A stretch of 64,000 nucleotides of DNA from Ancalomicrobiaceae bacterium (GTDB lineage: Bacteria; Pseudomonadota; Alphaproteobacteria; Rhizobiales; Ancalomicrobiaceae): the NCBI GenBank assembly GCA_031291575.1, contig JARLIT010000076.1, forward strand, positions 410-64,409, given 5' to 3'. The notes beneath the pieces are model-generated. The model saw nothing but the letters and a program-made list of their open reading frames with translations, did not search any database and was not told the DNA's origin. The first letter of the stretch is position 1. Every line of letters starts with the position of its first letter. Below, in pieces: positions 29,619 to 38,303 of this stretch. A program made the position numbers and the translations under genes.

Positions 29619-30971
29619 ATGACCCCTGAGATTGAAGCCCGCTACGCCAGCCTGTCGGTCCCTCGCTACACGAGCTATCCGACCGCACCGCACTTCTCCG
29701 GCGAAATCGGCCCGGAGATCGCACGCGGCTGGCTGTCGGAGATTCCTTCCGGCGAACCGGTGTCGCTATACCTGCATGTGCCCTACTGCCGGGCCATCTG
29801 CCACTACTGCGGCTGCCACACCTGGGCATCGCTTCGCGACGGCCCGATCGAGAAATACGCCGCCAGCCTCACGCGCGAGATCGAACTGGTCGCCGACATC
29901 ATCGGCACGCGGCAACCGGTCAGCCACATCCACTGGGGCGGCGGTACGCCGAGTCTACTGCCGCGCCATAGCCTCCTCTCGGTTGTTGCCGAGATCGGCG
30001 TGCGGTTCGATGTGCTCCCCGCGGCAGAACATGCCATGGAGCTCGATCCACGTACGGTGACACCGGAGCTGGCGGCCACGCTCGGCGAGGCCGGCATCAC
30101 CCGGGCGAGCCTCGGCGTCCAGGACTTCGATGTCACGGTGCAGCAGGCGATCGGGCGCATCCAGCCGGTCGAGACGGTCGAGGCCGCCGTCAAAGCGCTC
30201 GTCGGCGCCGGTATCGAGGCGATCAACTTCGACCTCATGTACGGCCTGCCACACCAGACCGCCGACGGCGTCCGGGCGACGGTGCGTCAGGCGGTCGCCC
30301 TCGGGCCCCACCGCATCGCCCTGTTCGGCTATGCGCATGTGCCGTGGTTCAAGGTGCACCAGCGGCTGATCGACGAAAAGGCGCTTCCCGGCACCATGGC
30401 CCGACTCGAACTCGAGGCGGTGGCGCGCGAGGCGCTGATCGAGGCCGGATACCAGGCGATCGGGCTCGATCATTTCGCCCGCGCTGATGATTCGTTGGCG
30501 ATCGCGGCCAGCGCCCAGGCGCTCGCCCGCAATTTCCAGGGCTATACGACCGATGCCGCCAAGACGCTGATCGGGCTCGGCGCCTCCTCCATCGGCCGGC
30601 TGCCGAGCGGTTACGTGCAGAACATCCAGGATGTCGGCGGCTGGAGTGCCGCGATCGATTCGGGACATCTGGCGACGGCGAAAGGCAAACAGCTGAGCCT
30701 GGACGACCGTCTGCGCGGAGCGATCATCGAACGGCTGATGTGCGATTTCACCGTCGATACCGGCGCGGTCTGCCGCTCGTTCGGCGTCAAGCAGTCGGCG
30801 CTGAGCGGCTGCATGCTGGCGCTCGATGCGCTCGTCGCCGATGGGCTGGCGGAAGTGGCCGACTGTCGCGTCAGCGTCACCGACGCCGGACGGCCCTTGG
30901 TGCGTGTGGTTGCGGCAGCCTTCGACGCCTATCTGGCCCGGCCGAACGCACGGCATTCGGTCGCAGTCTGA
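29619..30971 (+). CDS. hemN: Oxygen-independent coproporphyrinogen III oxidase (radical SAM)
   Basis: PRYTSYPTAPHF and the radical-SAM motif CRAICHYCGC. The track start 29583 lies inside the FixK box, so ATG 29619 (MTPEIEARYASLSV) is preferred. Confidence 0.9.
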   Translation: MTPEIEARYASLSVPRYTSYPTAPHFSGEIGPEIARGWLSEIPSGEPVSLYLHVPYCRAICHYCGCHTWASLRDGPIEKYAASLTREIELVADIIGTRQPVSHIHWGGGTPSLLPRHSLLSVVAEIGVRFDVLPAAEHAMELDPRTVTPELAATLGEAGITRASLGVQDFDVTVQQAIGRIQPVETVEAAVKALVGAGIEAINFDLMYGLPHQTADGVRATVRQAVALGPHRIALFGYAHVPWFKVHQRLIDEKALPGTMARLELEAVAREALIEAGYQAIGLDHFARADDSLAIAASAQALARNFQGYTTDAAKTLIGLGASSIGRLPSGYVQNIQDVGGWSAAIDSGHLATAKGKQLSLDDRLRGAIIERLMCDFTVDTGAVCRSFGVKQSALSGCMLALDALVADGLAEVADCRVSVTDAGRPLVRVVAAAFDAYLARPNARHSVAV

Positions 30972-31029
30972 CGTGGAGGCCGCCAGCGGGACGCCGCCGC
31001 GGTTCTGCAGCGGGATTTTCCGCGATTCG

Positions 31030-31150
31030 GGACCGAGAGCGTGTCCCGTTCGGATAGAAGCGATCCGACCGAAAAGGACACGCTCACGCTATTGAATCTG
31101 GAGCATTTCCTTTCGCTCAGATGAGTCCATCTGAGCGGGAAATGCTCTGG
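31030..31150 (-). repeat. RIME/REP-like two-hairpin element, copy B (inverted orientation)
   Basis: The reverse complement of 31075-31150 matches copy A 16883-16958 at 69 of 76 positions by my hand alignment. The second hairpin and flank are also similar. Confidence 0.85.
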
Positions 31151-31165
31151 GGTCCCACATCATCG

Positions 31166-31645
31166 TCAGGCGCAGATCGGCGCGACCAGCGCCGACAGCG
31201 AGGCGATCAGATCTCCCGGGGCAAGTCCGATCTCGAGGCCGCGTCGGCCGCCAGACAGATGGATCTTCGTCTGGCCGACGAGGCTGTCGTCGACGACCAC
31301 CGGCAGAGGCTTCTTGGTGCCGAAAGCCGAAATGCCGCCGAGCACATAGCCGGTCAGCCGCTGCGCATCGGCAGGCTTCGCCATCGCTGCCCGTTTCCAG
31401 GAAAGCGCCTTGGCGGCGGCCGATAGACTGAGCTTTTCAGCCGCCGGCACCAGGACCAGCGCATGACGCGCCGGCGCGCTTTCGTCCGAGACGACCAGCG
31501 TCTTGAACACGCTCGACGCCGCCAGTCCCAGTTTGTCCACCGCCTCGAGCGCATATGCCTCGGCGCGCGGATCGTGCTGATATTCGAGAAGGTCGAAGGC
31601 GATCTGCTTTGCCTTCAGGAACTGGGTGGCCGGGGTCGCAGGCAA
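31166..31645 (-). CDS. ybaK: Cys-tRNA(Pro)/Cys-tRNA(Cys) deacylase YbaK
   Basis: Sequence TPATQFLKAKQIAFDLLEYQHD...GGISAFG. No ATG lies near the conserved N-terminus. AGGA plus 8 nt then TTG 31645 is the proposed start. The track ORF is over-extended to 31828. Confidence 0.75.
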   Translation of the reverse strand: MPATPATQFLKAKQIAFDLLEYQHDPRAEAYALEAVDKLGLAASSVFKTLVVSDESAPARHALVLVPAAEKLSLSAAAKALSWKRAAMAKPADAQRLTGYVLGGISAFGTKKPLPVVVDDSLVGQTKIHLSGGRRGLEIGLAPGDLIASLSALVAPICA

Positions 31646-31852
31646 GGCGTCGGTCCTGGATTGGCGCCGCAGCGTGGCGGCACAGGGGTGCAGGAGGTGC
31701 AGGGGCGCGAGAATGCCGCCTTGCCGCGGTCCTGGCAACGCCATCCGGGTGCGGATCCGCCTCGCCAAAGCCAGCCCACACACCGGTTGACACAACAATG
31801 CCGGCCAAAACGCTTCGGCCGGCACCATCTCAACGACGCAACGTTTCAGGCT

Positions 31853-32563
31853 TCAGTGCGCGCCGGTCAACCGGCAGATCCCGCACAGATTATTGATGCG
31901 GATGCGATCCTGCTTCTCCAGCAGAATCAGTCCCTTGCGCTTGAATTCCGAGATCACCCGGCTGACCGTCTCGATCGTCAGGCCAAGATAGTCGGCGATT
32001 TCCTGGCGCGTCATGTTGAGGACGATGACGCTCTCGCCGCCGGTGCGCTGGTCGCCGAGGCAGTCGAGCTGCTGGCAGGCGGGAACGCAGCGGAAGAGGA
32101 AGGAAGCGACACGCTCGAAGGCGGACTTGCGTCCCAAAAGCACGGCGTGATCGTGCAGCTTTTCGACCTGGGCCGTCAGGCAGCGGGTCAGATGACCCTG
32201 GACCTCGGTGCGGGTCTCGGCGTCGCGGCGGTCAAGCACGCGAAGCGTGGTGCGCGACAACGTTTCGGCGTTGCAATCATAGTCCCGGCCACGCGGCAGA
32301 CCGAAGACATCTTCCGGTCCGAGCACGTCGACCACCTGGCGGCGGCCGTCCGGCAGCAGCTTGAAAAGCATTACCGCGCCCTCGATCACCTCGAAGACCC
32401 GATCAGCCTTGTCACCTTCGTAGAAGACCACCGAATGTTGCTCAAGCCGCTGGTATTTGACGCGGCTTGAGCGGGCGAATTCACGCCATTCCACGTCCCG
32501 GTCGGACGTGCGCAAAGGTATAACGACGCCCGTTGCTACGTTATCGTGCTCAGTGTAAGCCAT
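31853..32563 (-). CDS. fixK: Crp/Fnr-family transcriptional regulator, FixK-type
   Basis: cNMP-like domain plus the HTH QEIADYLGLTIETVSRVISEFKRKG. SD GAGGAGGGA precedes ATG 32563. It has no N-terminal Cys cluster, so it is FixK-like rather than FnrN-like. Confidence 0.85.
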   Translation of the reverse strand: MAYTEHDNVATGVVIPLRTSDRDVEWREFARSSRVKYQRLEQHSVVFYEGDKADRVFEVIEGAVMLFKLLPDGRRQVVDVLGPEDVFGLPRGRDYDCNAETLSRTTLRVLDRRDAETRTEVQGHLTRCLTAQVEKLHDHAVLLGRKSAFERVASFLFRCVPACQQLDCLGDQRTGGESVIVLNMTRQEIADYLGLTIETVSRVISEFKRKGLILLEKQDRIRINNLCGICRLTGAH

Positions 32564-33383
32564 CTTTTCCCTCCTCGCGCCGATCACCCTGCCGCCGCTT
32601 GCGCGACGTCCGTCCGCAGGAAGAAATCGACGTGTGTTTGGCGAACCGGTCATCGGTTCACCACCACCCCTTGGCCGGCGTTTTCCCAGAACGCTGTCTC
32701 GGAGTGATCTGGATAACTACGTTTCTGTCATCCGTAGGGGAACCTATACACTCACCATTAAGCGCACAATTTGGTTGCCATACTTACGACAATATACCTA
32801 CCGCTGGAGCTTCGGACGGTTCAGCATCTGCGACGTCCGGTTGTCCATCGCATCCGCATCGTCGTGCCGCTCGGATCGGCCGGCGCGACTCTCCTCACAT
32901 GCAATAATCGTATATGTGCGTAGAGATAGCAACGAATGGCTGCATCGGCCGGGCATCCTACCGCCTCCGGTGATGGTCGTTCCGGCAGCCAGCGGCAATT
33001 GGTTAATGTTTGAGAAGACATGCGTGCCAATCGGCGACACCCGACGATTCGTCATGGCCGACCGGGGGCGCCCGCCAAATGGGGCGGAGTGGCCGGTCGA
33101 TTCGCGTCTTGATTGTGCCCGTCGCCGGCAAGATTGGCCCATGGTCCACGGCCCCGCCCGCATCCGCCCCCTCGGCACGGCATGCCCAGGCGTTAGCCAT
33201 GCCGAATCACGCGAGCTGATGAGCGGTAAACGATTACATCCTGAGCTATCCGGCCTGCTGCCGCGGTCGCTACGGACGCCGGCACGGCTACGGGATGGCA
33301 ACGTGCCTAACGGCCGCTTAACCGCGCGCCGCAACGGCATGCGCCCGGCCAGGCGCCCCGTCTCGCTGTGCTGCGACCCAGTG

Positions 33384-33725
33384 TCACATCAACAGCGGCA
33401 TCAGGCTTTCGCCGCTCAAAGGCTTTCTTAGCACCGTGATGTTGGCGACGCCCTTCAGCGCGCGGTCAATCGCGCGCTGTGGCTGGCCGGAAATGACGAT
33501 GACCCGCGGCGGCTTCAACAGACCTTCGACCCAGCGAACAACGCTGGCGCCATCGATGTCCGGCAACCCCAAGTCGATGATCACCAGTTCATCGGACTCC
33601 GGCGGTCTGGCCAGAAAGAAGCTGGCGGCATTTTCGTGCGATGTCACCGTGTAGCCGAACGCCTGCAACAACGTGCGCAGCGATTCGTTCACTCCCGCAT
33701 CGTCTTCGAGAATATGAACCTTCAC
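33384..33725 (-). CDS. Receiver-only response regulator (113 aa) downstream of fixJ
   Basis: GGGGAG plus 6 nt then GTG 33725 gives (M)KVHILEDDAG...VIIDLGLPDIDG...VISGQ...LRKPL, a complete receiver signature. The protein has no cysteines. Confidence 0.75.
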   Translation of the reverse strand: MKVHILEDDAGVNESLRTLLQAFGYTVTSHENAASFFLARPPESDELVIIDLGLPDIDGASVVRWVEGLLKPPRVIVISGQPQRAIDRALKGVANITVLRKPLSGESLMPLLM

Positions 33726-34030
33726 GCACCGCTCCCCGAAGTACACGACGACCGCGATCGCACACGCCAACCATCGTCGGCATCCCAATGTGCGCGTCAC
33801 GGGAAGCAAGTCCAATTCGTAGTCACGCGTATACGGATAGCAACAGGCTCCGCTGGTCGCCGGACGAAGTCGCGGCAACAGAAGCAATCGTCAGCGTGGG
33901 GGAGCGCCAGCCCGCGGAAACTGGCGCCGAAGCGAAGCCACCGGCGATGCGGTCGCTTTCGTCCGGACGCCCCGACCGAGATCACACGTGGTGATACGAT
34001 CGGGGCCCTGTCGCCCCCCTTCTTGTTGGC

Positions 34031-34666
34031 TCAGCCGTGCTCGGCTTCGCGCGTCAGCACGATGCGGACAAGATCGGCGGCATTGCGGGCGCCGAGTTTC
34101 TCCATGATGCGGGCGCGGTGCACTTCGATGGTCCGCGGGCTGATGCCAAGTTGCCGGCCAGCTTCCTTGTTGGAGGCGCCGCCGGTGATCTGCGCGAGAA
34201 CTTCCAGTTCGCGCGGGGTCAAGAGGTCCTTGCCGGGGAAATCAGCCGTCGTCGGCGATTTGCCCTCGCCGTTGCGATGCCGATCGACGGTGGCGATCGC
34301 CTTGCGCACACGGTCGACGACCGTATCAGCATCAAACGGCTTCTCGATGAAGTCGAAGGCGCCGTACTTGATGGCGCTGACCGCCATCGGGATGTCGCCC
34401 TGGCCGGAGATGATGAAGATCGGCGCAGGATAATGCTGCGCGTTCAAGACCTTCAGAAGATCGATGCCGGAGCGACCGGGCATGTGGACATCGACGATGA
34501 CGCAGGCCGGGATGGCCTTGCGCGTGGCTTCCAAGAAGCTGTCGGCCGTCTCGTAGGCCGACACGCCGAAGCCCTCCAACGAGAAGACGACGGACAACGC
34601 ATCTCGGACGGCCGGATCGTCGTCAACAATGTAGATCATTTCGTGATTATTAATGTTGCCAGCCAT
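34031..34666 (-). CDS. fixJ: Response regulator FixJ (REC + LuxR-type HTH)
   Basis: IYIVDDDPAVR, the DVHMPG phospho-acceptor region, and the HTH LTPRELEVLAQITGGASNKEAGRQLGISPRTIEVHRARIMEKLG. Confidence 0.9.
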   Translation of the reverse strand: MAGNINNHEMIYIVDDDPAVRDALSVVFSLEGFGVSAYETADSFLEATRKAIPACVIVDVHMPGRSGIDLLKVLNAQHYPAPIFIISGQGDIPMAVSAIKYGAFDFIEKPFDADTVVDRVRKAIATVDRHRNGEGKSPTTADFPGKDLLTPRELEVLAQITGGASNKEAGRQLGISPRTIEVHRARIMEKLGARNAADLVRIVLTREAEHG

Positions 34667-35431
34667 TTTTGGTCACCCGAGCCTCATCGACAGCGCGTTT
34701 CCCGCCCCTTCTGCTCTCGGGCAGTATAGGGGAAACTGCGTATCAAACGCCAGATCTTTCCGATGCAGACAGATCCGATCGACTCGCATTTTCGGCGCAT
34801 CGATCACCTGCCGGCCACGCACCCCAAAACCTGCTCGATCCCCGCCGTTGCCAATGCACACTCCCGGGCCCCCCCGAAACCGACATGAGCGCGGCCATCC
34901 AACAGCCAGACCGTTCGGCGCATGGAGCCTACGCCGCGCCCGGCCAAAAGCGAACGGGACGCCACCCACACAGTCTTCGGGCCCCATTCGAACCAAATGG
35001 TGTCCGACCCGCCTGACCGTTCTCGAACCTCGGATGCCTTGCGGCGATCCTCTGTTGCGACCGAACGATATCGTGCCGACGCTGTGGGCGAAATCAAACT
35101 GTCCTCACGACATCTATTGCCAGTTAAGATCTCAGTCTTTGATCTGTCTCACGACTAGGCTGGATACAGACGAGATTTGACCATCTTCTCACCGCCCCAG
35201 ATCGACACCGTCACCGAGAATACTGTTGGACGGCAGCACCTCAAACGTTTTGGGTCAGGACTCCCGGAGATGGTTCCGAGGTCCACGGCGTCCGGCAGAT
35301 GCCGCCCGCCGTGGCGCACTGCTGTCGCCTGCAAGCATGCGACAGCTCATCCAGCCCCCTCCCCAGTCTGCGAACGGTGATTCGATGTGTCAATGCACCG
35401 CACGGACGATTCCACCTGACACGATCTCAAT

Positions 35432-36574
35432 CTAGTCATCGGACGAAGGCTGGGAGACGATCAGCGGCAGCCGCAGTGTAAATGTCGCGCCCCGGCCGTT
35501 GCCGCCGGGATCGACGGTCAGATCGCCGCCGTGATTCTGCGCAATCGAGCGCGAGATCATCAACCCCAACCCCAGTCCGGAGCGCTTGGTCGAGGCGAAG
35601 GCCTTGAACAGGCTCGCGGCCACTTCCGGCGGGATACCGGTGCCGGAATCCTGAATGTCGACATAGGCGCTGGCCTCGTCGATGCGGCTTCTGAGGGCAA
35701 TTCGCGGCACCGCCGACTTCCGGACAGCCTCGAGCGCATTGCGGATGAGATTGGTCAGCACCTGCTGGATCTGAATCGGATCGACGTCGACCGAACTCAG
35801 CGACGGGTCGAGGTCGCGCTCGACCGAAAGACCGTCGATATTGTGCCCGATCAGGGTCAACTCGATCGCCTCGTCGATCAAGGCGTTGAGATCGCTCGAC
35901 TGGCGCTCCGGCTCGCGCCGTTCGACCGAATGCCGCATGCGCTGGATGATGCCGCTCGCCCGCTCGGCCTCGCGCAGCGCCCGGAGCAGGATATCGTGCA
36001 CCGGCCCGAGCTTCTCCGGCTCGTCGAGCGACCCCATCTTGCGGTTGACTGCCTGCAGATAGAGCATGACCGCGGTCAACGGCTGGTTCAATTCGTGGGC
36101 GATGGCCGCGCCCATCTCGTCGATCGCCTGCACGCGCGCCATGTTGACGAGTTGACCCTGCAGCGCATTCAGCCGCTGTTCGACCGCCTTGCGGGAGCGC
36201 AGGTCGCGCAGTATGCCGATGAACTGGCGTCCGTCCGGCGTATGCGCCTCACCCACCGACAGTTCGAGCGGGAAGATGGTGCCGTCTTTGTGCTGGCCGC
36301 GCACCTCACGGCCAATGCCGATGATTCGCCGCTCGCCAGTCTCCAGATAGTGGCTGAGGTAGCGATCGTGATGGTCGGAGAATTCCGGCGGCATCAACAT
36401 CTTGATGTTGTGACCGATGACGTCGGTGATCGTGTAGCCGAACAGCGTCTCGCAGGCCTTGTTGAAGACCAGCACACGGGCGCGATCATCCATGACGATG
36501 ATGCCGTCGACTGCGGTGTCGAGCACCGAAAGCAGCCGGGCCTCGGAAACGGTGGGGATCTGGATCGATGCCAC
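35432..36574 (-). CDS. fixL: Oxygen-sensor histidine kinase FixL (soluble; one haem-PAS + HisKA + HATPase)
   Basis: Haem-PAS signature HHDRYLSHYLETGERRIIGIGREVRGQHKDGTIFPLELSVGE and H-box AHELNQPL. AGGAG plus 9 nt then GTG 36574 is the preferred start (track start 36679). No TM segments. Confidence 0.85.
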   Translation of the reverse strand: MASIQIPTVSEARLLSVLDTAVDGIIVMDDRARVLVFNKACETLFGYTITDVIGHNIKMLMPPEFSDHHDRYLSHYLETGERRIIGIGREVRGQHKDGTIFPLELSVGEAHTPDGRQFIGILRDLRSRKAVEQRLNALQGQLVNMARVQAIDEMGAAIAHELNQPLTAVMLYLQAVNRKMGSLDEPEKLGPVHDILLRALREAERASGIIQRMRHSVERREPERQSSDLNALIDEAIELTLIGHNIDGLSVERDLDPSLSSVDVDPIQIQQVLTNLIRNALEAVRKSAVPRIALRSRIDEASAYVDIQDSGTGIPPEVAASLFKAFASTKRSGLGLGLMISRSIAQNHGGDLTVDPGGNGRGATFTLRLPLIVSQPSSDD

Positions 36575-36855
36575 GCGACGATGCTCCTGCCTTCGCTCCA
36601 GCGACGCGCTCTTTGTCCTGACAAGACAAGAGCAGTTGAACGCTGTTAAGTCAAAACGCTCGGGCCACGAATTCGACATTCAAGTCCGACTTGCGTCTGG
36701 CGCGGTCTGAAATGGCGAATTCGAGGTCCCCGATAGTCAATCGTTGTCCGTTGTCCTGCCGCCCCATCCTCCACTCCCGGCGAGCCGAGAGGGCCCGCGA
36801 GGGTCGGAATGGACCGCTCGGCGCCGCATCGGCGGGCGCGAAGCGGCCAACCGGC

Positions 36856-38034
36856 TCACGCCGTCTCTGCCACCCAGCGGGTCAGCCGTCCGACGGCTTC
36901 GTCGACGCTGTCGGCCGAGCGGGCGAAGCACAGCCTGAGGAAGCCGTCGCCCGCGTGGCCGAAGGCTCCGCCCGGCGCCAGTCCGATGCCGATCTCGTCC
37001 ATCAGGCGGAACGGCAGTCGGCTGGTATCCGGTTCGCCGTCGATGGCAAAATACATGTAGAAGGCGCCTGTCGGGCTCGAGAAGCGGATGCGCGGGCTCT
37101 TTGCGAACGCGTCGGCGACGAAGTCGCGGTTGCGCTTGACCCGGGCGATGAGGTGCTCGACGAAGCCCTCGCCCTGTTCGAGCGCCGCCACGGCGCCACG
37201 CTGCATGAACACCGCGACGCCCGAGGTCGAATACTGCAACAGGTTCTCGATCGAGGGCCCGAGCGACGGATCCGCTTCGATCCAGCCGACGCGCCAGCCG
37301 GTCATAGCCCAATTTTTCGAGAACGTATTGGTGTAGAGGATGCGGTCGCCGGGTTCGGCGACGTCATGGAACGACGGGGAGCGGGCCGTGCCGTCGTAGA
37401 CGAAGCGGGTGTAGACCTCGTCGGCGACAATCCACAGCCCGTACCGACGCGCCAAGTCGAGCACATGCTGCAATTCGTCGCGGCTCGCCGTCCAGCCGGT
37501 CGGATTGCAGGGACTGTTGAAATAGATGGCCCTGGTGTTCGGATTGATGGCAGCGGCCAGGTCGTCGAAGTCGAGCACCCAGCCAGCATTGCCGAAGCGC
37601 AAGGGAACGACATGCGGCCGGGCGCCGCGGACGCCGACGGCGGCGGCAAAATTCGGCCAGGCCGGGGTCGGCACGATCACCTCGTCGCCCTCGCCGGCAA
37701 TCAGCGTCAGCGCCACCTGGATCGACTGCATGCCCGATCCGGTGACGAAGAACCGTTCGGAGGAAAAGGCGCCGCCGTAGAGCCGTGCATGATAGGTGGC
37801 GAGCGCCTGCCTCAGTTCAGGAATGCCGCGCGTGCCCGTGTAGAAGGTCTCGCCAGCGGCGAGCGAGCGGGTGGCGGCGTCGCAGATGAAGCGCGGCGTC
37901 GGCAGGTCCGCCTCGCCCACCCACAAGGGGATGACGGAGGACCTGGCCCGGCCGTAGTCGGCGACGGCGCTGATCTGACTGCCCGGCGTCTCCCGGGCGA
38001 TACGGCTCAAGAACTGGGTTTGATCGATCGACAC
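36856..38034 (-). CDS. PLP-dependent class I/II aminotransferase (aspartate aminotransferase-like)
   Basis: 392-aa track ORF (GTG start) with the aminotransferase fold pattern (..NPTGW.., ..FSKNWAMTGWR..). Confidence 0.8.
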   Translation of the reverse strand: MSIDQTQFLSRIARETPGSQISAVADYGRARSSVIPLWVGEADLPTPRFICDAATRSLAAGETFYTGTRGIPELRQALATYHARLYGGAFSSERFFVTGSGMQSIQVALTLIAGEGDEVIVPTPAWPNFAAAVGVRGARPHVVPLRFGNAGWVLDFDDLAAAINPNTRAIYFNSPCNPTGWTASRDELQHVLDLARRYGLWIVADEVYTRFVYDGTARSPSFHDVAEPGDRILYTNTFSKNWAMTGWRVGWIEADPSLGPSIENLLQYSTSGVAVFMQRGAVAALEQGEGFVEHLIARVKRNRDFVADAFAKSPRIRFSSPTGAFYMYFAIDGEPDTSRLPFRLMDEIGIGLAPGGAFGHAGDGFLRLCFARSADSVDEAVGRLTRWVAETA

Positions 38035-38303
38035 GACGGACTCGTCATCATCCGGGCACCTGGGCAGGGGTCGCCCCTCCGCTCATCCGGACTCGTTTTG
38101 GCAGGTGTCCTTGAAATCCGACAATTGTCGAGCCGGGTCAAGCCTTAACAGGGCTTCTCAGCGGCAAGGCTGATACGCCTGCTCACCCCGTCCTAAATCG
38201 CATGGACAGCGGAGCGCGGTTGTGATCCGCTTTCCGATCAAACGTGTACGGTCAGAAGGCGCACGCTCGACAAGGGGCGGAACGGAAACGGGGTGGCAGA
38301 ACC

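Noticed and set aside
32775-32795. Possible FixJ-binding half-site (CGTAAGTATGG on the minus strand) upstream of fixK.
   Set aside because: I cannot reliably recall the FixJ consensus. It is a single short match about 220 nt from the ATG, so I mention it only as a lead inside the spacer finding.
34975-35000. GGTTCGAAT (tRNA T-loop-like) on the minus strand within the fixL-fixJ gap.
   Set aside because: The flanking bases do not form a T-stem, and no acceptor or anticodon arms can be drawn. It is not a tRNA or a recognisable tRNA fragment.
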